A DNA stretch of 46,970 nt from Thermosynechococcaceae cyanobacterium (GTDB taxonomy: Bacteria > Cyanobacteriota > Cyanobacteriia > Thermosynechococcales > Thermosynechococcaceae). Of the stretch, positions 9,208 to 22,300 are shown in pieces. Every line of letters begins with the position of its first letter. The stretch's first letter is position 1. Both the position numbers and the translations under genes were made by a program. The notes beneath the pieces are model-generated. The model searched no databases. It saw only the letters and a list, made by a program, of their open reading frames with translations, and had not been told where the DNA came from. Where the stretch lies: the NCBI GenBank assembly GCA_041752855.1, contig JBGSVR010000334.1, positions 1-46,970 of the forward strand, written 5' to 3'.

Positions 9208-12200
9208 TTACTGAATTAATTCAGGATAACGCTGTGCAAGGTCTTGTACCTTAGCCATTGCTCCCCAACGTTTCCAACAGTCATAGGCCGATTGCATATA
9301 AATTTGTGCAGTGCGATTTTTACCCCATTCAAGATAAAAACGGGCAGCACATTCACTCGCAAGTGCTTCAGAATTTACGCAGTTTCTCTGCCGTGCAACT
9401 TCAATTGCATTGTCATAAAATGGAATTGCCTGATGCCATTGCCGAAATACTCGATGCCGTTCTGCTTGGAGAATCGAACAATAAAAATTAATTCCATTTG
9501 GAGAAATTTTTGCTCGCCAAGCTAAATATCTCTGAGTTTTTGTAACCCTTTTTAGTAACATTTTTTGGCGATGATGAGAACACTGCGGATATGCAGCTAA
9601 GCAAACCATGCTTTCGATACAAGACATCGGCACAATTGCAAAAGATGCTGAATTTCCTGCTTTATAATTTGCAGAGTTCTTGACAAATTCTAATGCTGCT
9701 GATATGTCTCCGAAGATAAAGGCTAGATAAACTTTCCATACATAGACTGATTGAAGCACTGCGATATCTTGTTTGGCTAAAAGCTGCTGAATTACTGTAT
9801 TATCCTCGGCCTCGGTTCCAAATAAAATGTATGTTTGGTCTTGTGGATCTATTAATTTACTAAAAACTCGATATGGGACATGCAATAGTAGCTGATTAGA
9901 CTCATCTTTGAGTGCTGATACCGTTTGAAAATATCGCTCCAATCTAGGTAAAAGTGTTTCTAGTGATTCCCCTAAATGATACCTAATTGTACATTCTCCA
10001 AAGTAGCATAGTCCTAAATAAAGATTATCTCCGCTTTCTATTGCAGATCTTATCCCAGATTTTAAGAGTGTTATACTATTGGCTAAAGGTTGCTTGCAAG
10101 GCTGGCTAAAAATAGCCGCAGCAAATTGAATTTTTGTATCTGAGAGAGGATTGGGAAATTGCTCGAAGAGCTTGAGAGACTCTTGACCTATTTGATAACT
10201 TTTATTTAAATCACCAATATCTGACAAAATAATACTGTATATCGCATAAGCATTAGCTGACCACATTGAATGGCCTATTTTAATTGACTGCTGTACGCCC
10301 GTAAAAGCAAGAATTGCTAATAAAGATTTTGAGATGAAGTAAGCTGGATAAAATAATAAATAGCTAATTTGAAATATTGCTTTTTGTGTAGGAGAAATAC
10401 TAGATTTAATTTCTTTGTGCTGGGCACCAAAAAAATAAACCAAAATTCTTGTCTGAGCTAACCCTAAGATAACCTGAAGGCGGCTTGGATTCTTGTCTAT
10501 ACATAACCCCAATTTCTTCAGGATTTTCAATCCTAGGTCGATTGCCTCATGATGCCTTTTTTGAGTTGAATGGAACTGAATTTGTGTTTCATAGATGGAC
10601 ACTTGATCAAGGAAAGTTTTAGCATAGGTTAATACAGGCTGAACATAGTCTGTGATCGCATCAAAGTCACTACATAAAAAGGCAGATTCTGCCGCTAAAT
10701 TATGCAATTTCAAGCTGGTTTCATACTGACTTTCCCAAGCATCAATTCTTAAAAGACTAACTCCCATTTTGGAATAAGTCAGTGCAGATTGATAAGCTAT
10801 AGAATGTTTGGCTTTCATCGCAGCACACAAATTTAGGTGAGCTAAAGTATCCCGCTCAGATTGCCGTGAAATGAGAGAGGCACCTCGATTTATTTGATTA
10901 ACAATATCGAACAGGTTACTCCTCTTTTGCTCTTCAGAAAACTGTGAAAGCAGTAATCTTCCAATTTGCAAATGTTTTGAATATCTTTGATTCTGTGGAA
11001 TTAAATTATATGCAGCTTGTTGAACTCGATCATGAAGAAATCTATAGCAGAGTGGGGCAGGAGTGACAGACTCAATTAAATATTTATTGTTAGCTTTAGA
11101 ATTAGTTGTTTCAGTCTGTATCTTGATATAAGAGAATTGATTTGCTTGTTGATAAATTATAAAACCTGATTGAATAGAAGGCTCTAAAACGTTTATAGTT
11201 TTATCTTCAGATTGCTGAAAAATAGTCGCTAAAATGGAGAGAGAAAATTGATTGCCTAGACATGCTGCTAGTTTTAGTAAGTCTTGAGTAGCTTTAGGTA
11301 GATGCTGCAATTGCTGAGCAATGAGGTATAAAATATCATCAGTAAGAATAATTTCTCCTGCCCTAATAAGGTCGTACTGCCACTGTTTCAGATTTGCATC
11401 TAATTGAATACAGTGATTTTGGTAGAGTACTCGAAGGCACTGTGTAAAGAAAAATGGGTTGCCCTGAGTCTTTTGAAACACTAAGTGTGTGAGAGGATAA
11501 GCGATATGAGAAGAACAGCGTAGAGTATCGACTACTAGTTGATTTAAGTAGTCTGGCACTAATGGATTTAATGAAATACTTTGCGGGATGATACCTGCGT
11601 CACAAATCTGTTTTAAGCATATTTTTAAGGGATGGCTGAAAGAGACTTCATGTTCACGATAGGCACCAATAAGAAGTAGGTAGCTGCGTTGACTCACGCT
11701 AATACTTTGTAAAAGATTTAAAGAAGCAGAGTCAATCCACTGTAAATCATCTAAGAAAATAACTAAGGGATGTCTTTGAGTAGCAAATATTTGAATGAAT
11801 TTTTGAAAGAGATGATGAAAGCGATTCTGTGCTGCGTTTCCAATAAGTTCTGGAACTGGAGCTTGTGACCCAATTAAATAGGCTAACTCAGGAATAATTT
11901 CAACAATGGCTTGGGCATGTTCTCCCAATCCCGATTGTATATTTTTCTTCCATTCCTGGCGATTTGATAAACCTTCATTTAAAATTTGTCCCATGAGGCT
12001 CCGAAAAGCCTGCACAAATCCGCTAAAAGGGATATCTCTATTCAGCTGGTCGAATTTTCCTTGAATAAAGTAACCGCGTTGGTGAATGGTTGGAGAATGA
12101 ATAGCATGGACAATACTTGTTTTTCCGACACCGGATAATCCAGAAATTAATACTATGTCTGAACTACCATTCACAACTTTTTCAAACGTCTTTAAGAGGA

Positions 12201-14541
12201 TTTGTATCTCAGTATCGCGTCCATAACATTTTTCAGATATCAAAAAATGATTGCAACAGTCTTGCGACCCTAGCAAAAAGTCTTGCACAACCCCATCTTT
12301 ACAAAGTTGTTGATAACACTTTCTTAAGTCATGTAGCAGTCCAGTGGCACTCTGATATCGATCTTCAGGCTGCTTGGACATGAGCTTGGTAATAATCTGA
12401 GCTACCGTTTTTGGCATTAAGGCACAATACTGTTGGAGCAAGGGCGGCTCTTCGCTTAGATGAGAACGAACCAATTCTCCTGAATCTTCACTTGAGAAGG
12501 GGTGTTTTCCTGTAAATAGCTCAAAAAGAGTGATGCCTAAACTATAAAAATCACTGCGAAAATCTATCCCCCGACTCAGGTATCCAGTGCTTTCGGGAGA
12601 AATATAGGCGATTTCTCCCTCTAGGCGATCTGGTGCTTTCGTCGCTGGGTTAACTTGACCCACTCGTGCGGCAAGCCCAAAATCCGTTAGACAAATGTTG
12701 TGCGTGTCAGGATGGATCAGAATGCTGCTGGGATGAATGTTGTTGTGAATAATATCTTGCTCATATAGATAGTGCAAAATTTGACTCAGGGCGATCGCAA
12801 TCTGTAGCCCTTTTTCTAATCCCTCTCGAAAGTGCCCTAGCCCTTGAGGATAGTGTTCTTGCAGCCAAGACCGGACATAAACACGGCCCAAGTCTTTGCT
12901 AATGAGAACATAGCTATTTTGATAAGGCTCGAGGCTAAGATAGCGGACGATTCCGCTATGTTTCAGTGATTGTGCCAAGATAAATTCGTTGCGAAACTGC
13001 ATGAGATCAGACAATCTAGGCAGTTTCTGAGAAGGCAGCTTAATGGTTACAGGGCACTGGTCAGATGTTCGTACCCCTCGATAGACTGAGATGCGAGGAC
13101 TGGCTAAGAGTTCTTCAGTAATTTGATATCCTGCTAGGGCGAGATTCAAATACGAACTTTTTTTGTCGCGGGTGCGCTGTTGGGGCTGCAAAGTTGTGGT
13201 TCTGTCCACGCTTCGTAGAGATTGCTGCACCGCATTATAAGTTTGCGCCTCGCTAGTGCTTAAAAATTGATAATCAAGATAGCCCAGATTTTTACCCATA
13301 GCCCACGTTTGAGCATCCATAAGTGCTTGCCCTTGTAGCAAAAATGTGGAATCTGTCCGGTTAGAGTTCAGCCACTGCTGTAAAGCTTTGTAATATGGAC
13401 GAAGGCGGGAGAGTTGGGCTTCTGCCCATTCTTCTGAAAAAATATAGTGATAAATTGGATTACGAACCCTTAAATAACCGTTCTCGTTGACGACCAATCC
13501 TGTCAGTCGAAGTTCGATTTGTTCTGCACTACTGTCTGCGATTACAGGCCCTTTTCTGAGAACGTCGAGATAAAGATCCAGCAGCCGAATGGCACTGATT
13601 TCGTCGTATAAGAGGCGATCTCGTACTGTGCGAAGGTGTTCTGGTTCGTCTTGTGACTCCCAATAATTGAGAATATAAGTCTTTACTAATCGCCGTAGCC
13701 ATTGCTTGGATGTTTCGGAAGGTTGGGGAAGAACTTTATCAGGCCACTGTGCTTCTCGTAGTGCTAACTGGCATAATTTTTGAGTTAAAAAAGGTTGTCC
13801 TCCTGTCCAGTCCAAGATCCCTTGTAAAACAGAAGACGGATCTGGCACTCTATCCACAAAACCAGACAATAAAGGGGTAGATTCAGCGTAAGTGATTCCC
13901 TCTAAAGAGATCGCTTTGCCAATATTGAATGGCGTTTTGCGTTTATCGGCAATGAGATTAGAGGGTGTAGCAACCCCAAATAGTGCAAATGTAAGCCGTT
14001 GGTAGGCCGACGATTGATTTCGTTTACTGTAGCATCCGCGAATCAGTGCAAAAAAATCATCCGATGGAAATGAAAGCCCTAAAACACTGTCTACCTCATC
14101 AATAAAAATAACAATCGCGCCAGCAACTTGAGGCAGCAAAATTGTTTCAAAAAAAGAGGTGACTCGCTGTAGTTGGGAGATAACTTGATGCTCTTGCCAC
14201 CATTTTCTAAAGTTTAGATCCAGGTTAAATTCTTTGATTAGTGTATGAATAATACTGGCGTACCATTGTTCTGCCGTTAGATCTTGAGTGCCCAGGGTCG
14301 CGAGATCTAGGGTGGCACAATGAACACCTTGCTGCTGCAAACGATCCATCGTTCGCACCTGAAGGCTAGATTTCCCCATCTGGCGCGAGTTCAAGACGTA
14401 GCAAAATTCCCCCTCTAATAAAGCCTTATAGAGTTCATCGTCTGACTGACGCCGCACATAGCTCGGTGCGTCACAGGGCAATGCTCCGCCAACTTGATAG
14501 GGTAGGGGGCTGGATGCTGCTAAGTCTTTAATAGATGTCAT
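9208..14541 (-). CDS. Large fusion protein: AAA_35-like ATPase, Ser/Thr (pseudo)kinase, AAA_16-like ATPase and helical/TPR region
   Basis: [10 protein letters not shown] and IFIDEVD; kinase [17 protein letters not shown] and YISPE; GLSGVGKT and IFLDDLQW; [11 protein letters not shown]. Confidence 0.85.
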   Translation of the reverse strand: MTSIKDLAASSPLPYQVGGALPCDAPSYVRRQSDDELYKALLEGEFCYVLNSRQMGKSSLQVRTMDRLQQQGVHCATLDLATLGTQDLTAEQWYASIIHTLIKEFNLDLNFRKWWQEHQVISQLQRVTSFFETILLPQVAGAIVIFIDEVDSVLGLSFPSDDFFALIRGCYSKRNQSSAYQRLTFALFGVATPSNLIADKRKTPFNIGKAISLEGITYAESTPLLSGFVDRVPDPSSVLQGILDWTGGQPFLTQKLCQLALREAQWPDKVLPQPSETSKQWLRRLVKTYILNYWESQDEPEHLRTVRDRLLYDEISAIRLLDLYLDVLRKGPVIADSSAEQIELRLTGLVVNENGYLRVRNPIYHYIFSEEWAEAQLSRLRPYYKALQQWLNSNRTDSTFLLQGQALMDAQTWAMGKNLGYLDYQFLSTSEAQTYNAVQQSLRSVDRTTTLQPQQRTRDKKSSYLNLALAGYQITEELLASPRISVYRGVRTSDQCPVTIKLPSQKLPRLSDLMQFRNEFILAQSLKHSGIVRYLSLEPYQNSYVLISKDLGRVYVRSWLQEHYPQGLGHFREGLEKGLQIAIALSQILHYLYEQDIIHNNIHPSSILIHPDTHNICLTDFGLAARVGQVNPATKAPDRLEGEIAYISPESTGYLSRGIDFRSDFYSLGITLFELFTGKHPFSSEDSGELVRSHLSEEPPLLQQYCALMPKTVAQIITKLMSKQPEDRYQSATGLLHDLRKCYQQLCKDGVVQDFLLGSQDCCNHFLISEKCYGRDTEIQILLKTFEKVVNGSSDIVLISGLSGVGKTSIVHAIHSPTIHQRGYFIQGKFDQLNRDIPFSGFVQAFRSLMGQILNEGLSNRQEWKKNIQSGLGEHAQAIVEIIPELAYLIGSQAPVPELIGNAAQNRFHHLFQKFIQIFATQRHPLVIFLDDLQWIDSASLNLLQSISVSQRSYLLLIGAYREHEVSFSHPLKICLKQICDAGIIPQSISLNPLVPDYLNQLVVDTLRCSSHIAYPLTHLVFQKTQGNPFFFTQCLRVLYQNHCIQLDANLKQWQYDLIRAGEIILTDDILYLIAQQLQHLPKATQDLLKLAACLGNQFSLSILATIFQQSEDKTINVLEPSIQSGFIIYQQANQFSYIKIQTETTNSKANNKYLIESVTPAPLCYRFLHDRVQQAAYNLIPQNQRYSKHLQIGRLLLSQFSEEQKRSNLFDIVNQINRGASLISRQSERDTLAHLNLCAAMKAKHSIAYQSALTYSKMGVSLLRIDAWESQYETSLKLHNLAAESAFLCSDFDAITDYVQPVLTYAKTFLDQVSIYETQIQFHSTQKRHHEAIDLGLKILKKLGLCIDKNPSRLQVILGLAQTRILVYFFGAQHKEIKSSISPTQKAIFQISYLLFYPAYFISKSLLAILAFTGVQQSIKIGHSMWSANAYAIYSIILSDIGDLNKSYQIGQESLKLFEQFPNPLSDTKIQFAAAIFSQPCKQPLANSITLLKSGIRSAIESGDNLYLGLCYFGECTIRYHLGESLETLLPRLERYFQTVSALKDESNQLLLHVPYRVFSKLIDPQDQTYILFGTEAEDNTVIQQLLAKQDIAVLQSVYVWKVYLAFIFGDISAALEFVKNSANYKAGNSASFAIVPMSCIESMVCLAAYPQCSHHRQKMLLKRVTKTQRYLAWRAKISPNGINFYCSILQAERHRVFRQWHQAIPFYDNAIEVARQRNCVNSEALASECAARFYLEWGKNRTAQIYMQSAYDCWKRWGAMAKVQDLAQRYPELIQ

Positions 14542-15932
14542 CCTGATTCAAGCATTTGACGAAAGTATTGGCGATATAGCCGACAGCTCGGACGGGCACG
14601 CATCCCTGTCTCTAGAGAAACTAGCCCTAAACTTTCTAACTGAAAGCCCTGTATTGGAGCAAGCTCAATCGATTCATCTGAGTATACAATTTCTCTGAAG
14701 CTAGCTTCCAGGTCAGCATAGCGCTGCAGTTTGCGATACTGACTTCGTAGATGCTCTTGAAACAAACTCGTAGATTGAAGCGGATCATTAAAAAGCTGGT
14801 TAAGCGTAGTGCGCTGGTGGACTATTCCACTAAAAACTAAAGTAATGAGCTTGGGTTTTCCACCAATCCAATCCATCAATTTAGGAATATCTAAGGGATC
14901 TAGCGTTAAATTAAACTTCTTAGCTAAGAGGCTTACCTGGGCAGCATTAAACTCTGGCAGTTCAATGGAAAGACCAATATTAAAGGGTGACTGATGTTTA
15001 TTGAGTGGAATATAGACTTCTGTAGAATGAATTACGATAAATCGACACCGTCGCCAAACACGACTACTGGTGTTGACGTGTTTGGCTTTCTCGCACCATG
15101 CTCGCAGCATTCCAAAAAAATCGGTTGCCAGTTTAGGATATTTAAACAGAATATCGACATCATCTAAAGCAATTGCAATTGATTGATCTACGATGGGTAA
15201 AATAACCCGTTCTATATAATTTGTGCAGTTATAGCTACTGCTAAAGCAGGGTTCCCAGTCGGTAGAAAAATGGTTGGGAATATTGAGCTGATCGCCAACA
15301 TTCAGGCAAAACCACTGCAAAAATTTATCTAATCCTGAAAACGTGTCGCTATCTGCAAGACGTAAACTGAAAATAACTGGAATAATGCTATGTTGCTGCG
15401 CATGGTGCAAAATCTGGCTTGCCAACAGGGTTTTTCCCATTTCTTGGGGCGCTTTAATTCGAATCAGTGCCCCTTCTTGCACAATTACTTCGTAGCATTG
15501 CGCTTCAATCGGAAACCGTTCAACATAACTGCTCGACACCCAGGGTTCTATCTTTAGATCAATCTCTGCCGCGCGATCGCTGCTATTGATCGGATTCTGA
15601 AAAGATTTTGGAGCCTGATTAAGTTGAGTCATTAGAATAGTTTGAAAGTTACTCTTTGTAACTTTCTGACCCAATTTCGCAGATAAAAGTTGCCATAGCT
15701 GTGCCCCCATCAAGCGTACATAGCTAGATTCGTACCCTAACCGCTCGGCGATATCTCGATAAGTCGCACCAAGCCAGCATTGACAAAAGATGGCATCCTG
15801 TACTGAATTTAGTGTTTCTTGATCTAAAATCTTCGGAAGATATGCTCTAACTAGAGCAAGTTTTTCGATGCTATATCCTAATCTTGGCACCGAGATGTCG
15901 CTATCGTCATTCTTTCTTGAAAATTCAACCAT
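14538..15932 (-). CDS. AAA_35-like ATPase with N-terminal helix-turn-helix domain
   Basis: [29 protein letters not shown]; APQEMGKT Walker A; SPFNIG; ATGA overlap with the downstream gene. Confidence 0.85.
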   Translation of the reverse strand: MVEFSRKNDDSDISVPRLGYSIEKLALVRAYLPKILDQETLNSVQDAIFCQCWLGATYRDIAERLGYESSYVRLMGAQLWQLLSAKLGQKVTKSNFQTILMTQLNQAPKSFQNPINSSDRAAEIDLKIEPWVSSSYVERFPIEAQCYEVIVQEGALIRIKAPQEMGKTLLASQILHHAQQHSIIPVIFSLRLADSDTFSGLDKFLQWFCLNVGDQLNIPNHFSTDWEPCFSSSYNCTNYIERVILPIVDQSIAIALDDVDILFKYPKLATDFFGMLRAWCEKAKHVNTSSRVWRRCRFIVIHSTEVYIPLNKHQSPFNIGLSIELPEFNAAQVSLLAKKFNLTLDPLDIPKLMDWIGGKPKLITLVFSGIVHQRTTLNQLFNDPLQSTSLFQEHLRSQYRKLQRYADLEASFREIVYSDESIELAPIQGFQLESLGLVSLETGMRARPSCRLYRQYFRQMLESG

Positions 15933-16040
15933 ATTTATAAATCAAAAATTATATAGAAAAATCAATTCTCAAACGATTAATGCATGAGCCACATAAAACG
16001 AACGAGTCAGATGAGCAGTTGAGTAAAACCAAAGTATAGT

Positions 16041-16075
16041 GTTTGATTTTGTTTGATTTTGTTTGATTTTGTTTG
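16041..16075. repeat. 3.5 tandem copies of the 10-bp unit gtttgatttt in the divergent promoter region
   Basis: Directly visible perfect repeat. Confidence 0.95.
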
Positions 16076-16388
16076 CGCTACTAACGCTTCTAGCATATTT
16101 TATTGCGAGTCTTCTTTGTTTCTGTTATACCAGATGGTACGAATTTTAATAAGATTTCCTGTTTTTGTCGATTAGATATGAGATATCGAAATCCATTAAT
16201 CCATTCATATATTACAGGTAAAGATATGATCCAAATTTTGACGCTGCGATGTAGCTTATAAACAAAAGTTTTAAAACTATTGGAAATTTAAAAATCTAGT
16301 TCAATTTAACTTTTGAGAAAAATAGTTTCTGCGTCAAAATTTATCTCACAATCTCGTCTCGCAATAGTGATTTAGTCAGAGTACCCAG

Positions 16389-19300
16389 ATGAAAGACCAA
16401 CTTTCAAAATCTATTGATCTTCATGCGTCTGGAGCATGTCCGTCGGCGATCGCAGTAGTTGGCATGGCATGCCGCATGCCGAAAGGACTAGAAAGCATTG
16501 ATAACCTATGGCAGGCTCTGAAGACTAAATTCAGTGCAATTGACACAGTGCCACCAGAGCGTTGGACAGTGGATCGATACTACTCCTCTAATCCGAACGT
16601 TAAGGGTAAAACCTACATGCATCGGGGCGGATTTTTGACCCACGATGTGAGCCAATTCGATGCCTCATTTTTTGGAATTTCGCCCCGAGATGCAGAAAAT
16701 ATGGATCCGCAACAACGGATCTTGCTAGAAGTGGTTTGGGAAGCCTTTGAAAATTCAGGTTTATCTTTGCCAGACTATGCTGGCCGCAAAGTGGGGGTTT
16801 ATGCTGGCGGATTCATGATGGATCACATGATCAACCAGATGGGTCAGCCCAATCGATCTGCCATCAACCAGAACACCGCTGCGGGAATGATGATGACGAT
16901 GTTGTCTAATCGCATCTCTCACACCTATGACCTGCGAGGACCCAGCTTATCGATCGATACCGCCTGCTCATCGTCTTTGGTGGCATTTCACTATGCCTGT
17001 CAAGATTTATGGCAGGGGATTACCGAAATGGCGGTTGTGGGCGGCTCAAACGTGATGCTACGCCCTGAGTACCCCATGGGCATGAGCAAAGGTCATTTCT
17101 TGTCACGGGATGGCGAGTGCAAGTCGTTTGATGCACGGGCGGACGGCTATGGGCGTGGAGAAGGCGCTGGCGCAATACTGCTAAAACCCCTAGCTGCTGC
17201 GTTGAGAGATGGCGACCCGATTTTAGCGACCGTTATTGGGACGGGGAGCAATCAGGATGGGCATACGCCAGGCATTTCAATGCCGAGCGGCGAAGCGCAG
17301 CAGGCGCTGATTCGAGAAGTGGTTGAAAGATACTCTATCGACCCAAGAGAAGTGCGATACGTTGAGTGTCATGGTACCGGAACCGCCATCGGCGACCCCA
17401 CAGAAGCTAGGGCGATCGGCTCTGTTTATGGTGCGGCCAGAGAAGGTCTTGCTCCAACAGTGATTGGGTCGGTCAAGAGTAATATTGGTCACCTCGAAGC
17501 GGCGGCTGGCGTTGCTGGGGTAATCAAAGCCGTGTTAACCCTGATGTACCGACAGGCGTTTCCGCTGGCAAACTTACAAAATCCTAATCCAGATATCCCC
17601 TTTGTCGAATTAAACCTGCGCTTAGCGGATGATCTTATTGCCCTAGGCGATGCAGATGAAGATTTTTGTGTAGCGGTCAATTCTTTTGGGTATGGTGGCT
17701 CGAACGCCCATGTGGTGCTGAGAACAGCGCCTGTTGTGATCAGTCATGATGCAAACGAAGCCCCTCATCCGCGCCAGTTTCCCTATTTTCTGCCAGTCTC
17801 GGCACGAAATCCTAAGGCAATCAGCGTATTGGCAAGCAAGTACGCCACGATGCTCCGTGACGGTGTAGACATTTCAGACTTACTGTATTCAGCGTCTTTC
17901 AAACGCGCTCACCTGTCCCATCGGGCAGTAGTTAAAGGGGATAATTGCGAACACCTTATTGCTGCGCTAGAAGCGCTCTCGCGCAATGAGGAAAATGAGG
18001 ATATTGTGCAGGGCGTTGAGCCGTATCAAGGGCATCGCAAGCCAGTGTTTGTTTTTACTGGCATGGGTCCTCAGTGGTGGGCGATGGGGCAAGAACTCTA
18101 TCGTGATGAGCCAATCTATCGGGCAGCGGTAGAGGAAGCCGACGCAATTTTCACAGAGATTTCGGGCTTCTCTATTCTTGCCGAAATGCTCAAGCCGGAA
18201 GAAGCGTCACAGATTACCCGCACTCAGTTTGCTCAACCGTCAAATTTTTTGATTCAGGTTGGGGTTTTGGCTGTCCTCCGTGCCGCTGGCATTCAGCCTG
18301 GTGCGGTCATCGGTCACTCTGTGGGGGAAATTGGCTCGGCCTACGCAGCGGGTGTATTGACGCTGCGAGATGCCTTAACCGTGAGCTATCACCGCAGTCA
18401 TTTACAGGCAACCTGTGCCGGGACAGGGGCAATGTTGGCGGTAGGCTTGGGCAAAGAACAGGCGTTTGCGCGGATCGCACACTGTACAGATCGCGTATCC
18501 ATTGCGGCGGTCAACAGCCCCACGACCGTCACCCTTGCCGGAGATGAAAACGATCTCAATCATTTAGCCGTTACTTTGACCGAAGAAGGGATCTTTAATC
18601 GCAAGTTAGAGGTAGAGGTTCCCTATCACAGCCCAATGATGGATCCAATTCTGGAGCCGTTAGCGCAGGCACTGGCGGGTATTCGCCCCACTGCACCTCA
18701 AATTCCGCTTTACTCTACGGTCACGGGGGCAAGGGTTGAGGGCATTTCTTACGGCGCAGACTACTGGTTGTTGAATACGCGACAGTCTGTAGAGTTTGCA
18801 ACGGCGATCGCCACCATGATTGCGGATGGCTACAACACCTTCCTTGAAGTGGGTCCGCACCCTGTGTTGGCAACATCTTTGCGGGACTGTATCAAACTGG
18901 CAGATAAAGACTGTCGCACCGCGTTTACGCTGCGGCGCAAAACCCCCGAACGCTCGGCACTGCATCGGGCGATCGCCAGTATTTACACCTGCGGTTGTGA
19001 CATTGATTGGGCTACTCACAACGGGAATGGGCAATTTATCCAGCTCCCTAACTATGCTTGGCAACGGGAACGGTTTTGGATGGAAACCGATCGCGGGAGG
19101 CAAGATCGCATTGCGCCCATCGACCATCCTATTCTTGGCATTCAGGAGGCTCCTGCTGCCCCCGTCTGGCGTACCGACCTCGACCACGAGCCACTGGTCT
19201 ATCTGCGCGACCACGTTGTGATTGGCCTCGCTATCTTGCCTGCTGCGGCCTACATTGAATCACTGCTCGAACTGGGGAGAGTGCAGTTTGAAGATGCAGG

Positions 19301-22300
19301 GGCGATCGTAATTCGGAATCTAAAAATCTTTGCCCCGATGATTATTACCGCAGATCGCGGGTTAGATTCTGTCACCACCTTTGAGCCATCTACTGGGTCG
19401 GCAACCATTCGCGGACTAGAAAACGGGAAATTAGGCAGCGGTCAAGTCCACATCACCGCCAAAATTGCAGGTTTAGAAAGCTTTGAGCCATGTCAGCTCA
19501 ATCTAGCGCTGTTATTCCAAGAATTCTGCCAGCCCCAAGATGTGTCTGAGTTTTATAAAAGTCTGGCGCAAATCGATCTCACTTACGGCCCTGCGTTCCA
19601 AACCATTCGCCAACTGTTTGTTAATCGATCCGAAGGTCGAGTGCTGTCACGCATTGAAATGCAGCCAGAACTCACTGATAACCTATCGCTGTACTGTATC
19701 CATCCCACTGTTTTGGATGCTTGTTTCCAGTCTTTAATGGCGATGCTGGCTGACTCAGACACCACTTATTTACCGACTGGATTTGGTGAAATGTGCGTTT
19801 ACGCTCATCAGCTCCCCGCAAATATCTGGTGTTTGGCAGAAATTATTGAGCAAAACGATCGCTATATTGATTGCAATCTGAACATCTTGGACGATGAAGG
19901 GAATATTCTTGCAACCATCCGAGGCATGAGATCGACGGCTGCCGCCAAAAAAGAGCGCACCGACCGATTTGGCGATCGCGTGAAGCGGCAAATCCTCGCC
20001 TATGAATGGGCTTACGGCGAAACCCTCAACGAAGCCAAACGCTTAGGCTACTGGCTAGTGGTGGGCACTGACCATTCGGCGACACAAGATACCATTCGCC
20101 AGCTCGAAAACTATGGCGCAATTGGGGTCTTCTCTGTAGCGGTTGGCGACACCTTCTGCGAAAAAGACGGGCAAATTATCGCGGTTCGTCATGGAAGCGT
20201 TGAGGATGCCCAGGCCGTTTTGAGTCGCTATGGCGAACTAGACGGCATCGCCTTCATGCATGGGTTAGCTGCCAATACCGAAACCGACCCAACGGGTGAG
20301 CGCGCAGTGAGTACGGCGATCGCATTTACGCAAGCCGCCATTCAGCAGCAGTATGAAGTCTGCCCGCGAATCTATGTGGTGACTCAATCCGCCTTTGCGG
20401 TCAACGAGAACGAGACATCTATTCAGCCCAGCCAAACGGCGCTCAATGGCTTTACGAGAGTTGCCTTTAATGAATTGGAAGGGTTTCGGTGCAGCACGAT
20501 CGATCTGCCTGCACGGATCAATGAAGACATTATTGACAACCTTGCTCTAGAGCTACTGTGCGACGATCGCCATGATGAGGTGGCACTGCGCGGTAGCTTG
20601 CGACTCGTTAGCGAACTCCTCGATAGCACCATGCTCACTCAGGATCGCGTGACCTACCAGCATCTAGATGACGCACATCCTGTATTAGTGCGTCCGCTGC
20701 GAGCAGACTGTGAAAGCGTTGGAATGACGAGGATTCTGGCAGATACCCCTGCAACCATCGGCGCGGATGAGATTCAGCTACGGGTCGAAGCGACTATCAT
20801 GCCGCCAAACTTACGCCTAGAGCCATCATCTGATGCCATCCATCAACCCGTTATTGAGGTAGTCGGCGAGGTCATTGCCGTTGGAGATCATGTCACCGAC
20901 CTTGCTCCAGGCACACGAGTTTGCGGCTTTGCCCCCGCCGATCTTGCCAGTCATCTGTCGGGTGAGCGCAGTCAGTTTTATCTGGTTCCTATTGATGCCA
21001 ATGCCGATGCGACGGCTCTCGTCAGCACCATTGGTGCCGTTACCCGTGCCGAAAGTGCGATCGCCGCCCTAGACCTAATGGTGGGTGATACTGCACTGGT
21101 CTATGGAGATGCCTTGGGCATCATCGTGGCTGAAGCACTCCAGCGCAAAGGCATTACCGTCACTCTCCTGTGTAGCCAGCCCGACTCGTTAGACCCTCGG
21201 CTGGCAGAGAAATATCCCATCTTCTCAATCTGTCCCGAAGCCATTCACCGCGCTGTCACCGCACAAACCAATGGGGCTGGCTTCACGCTTTTGGTAGCAC
21301 CCATGCAGCAGTGGACTCAATCCTTTGATTTGGGAATGCTGCGAACTGGCGGCTATGCCATTGATACCGATGATGTTGCCAGTCCGGTTTGCATTACTCA
21401 GCAGACTGTGGCTCGTACCGATATGACCGTGCTGCTACAGCGCCCTCACCGTCTCCAAGAAACCTTAAGAACTGTCATTCATGGCATTGTGAATGGCACC
21501 ATTGCGCCACTGCCTGCCCTAGAAGTTTCCATCGCCGATATCGCTTGGCAAAAGCTAGGCATTTCAGATACCAACTCTACATTGGTACTGACTTATGAAA
21601 CGGGAGGTCGCGATTTACCCGTCGTCGAGCAAGACCAGATGCAGTTTAAAGCAGATGCAACTTACCTCATCACAGGCGGGTTTGGGGGCTTCGGTCAAAA
21701 AACAGCAGAGTGGCTAGTGCAGAACGGAGCGCGGCATCTGGTCTTAACCGGACGCACAGGAGCCGATACAGCCGAGCGCAAGGCGATTGTCCAAAGTCTA
21801 GAAGCGATGGGTGCAACGATTAAATCAGCCGCCTGCGATACGGCAGACTATGGGCGACTCAGTGAATTATTTGCTGAGATTGACCGCGAACTACCCCCTC
21901 TTAAGGGCGTATTCCACTCCGGCGCACTTATTATCGACCAGCCCATTGCTGAAATTGATATGGATACCTTCTGCACCGTCATGCAGAGTAAAGCCCTCGG
22001 CGGTTGGAACCTACACCTACTGACGCAATCTCTGAACCTCGATCACTTTGTACTCTACTCTTCTATTGCAAACCTGGTCGGCAATGGTCGCCAAGCCGTT
22101 TATAGCGCAGCCAATGGCTTTTTGAATGGACTAGCCTATTTCCGCAAAGCACAGGGGCTACCCGCCACTAGCGTGAATTGGGGGGCGATCGCCGATGTGG
22201 GCGTGGTGGCTCAAGACGAAAAGCTAGAAGAGTTTCTGCGGTATACGGGGCTGCGGGGCATTAATTCTGCCGAGGCATTAGATGTTCTTAAAGTGGGGCT

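Noticed and set aside
16041-16075. Possible CRISPR array
   Set aside because: Contiguous 10-bp units without spacers; no cas genes or repeat-spacer array seen in the window
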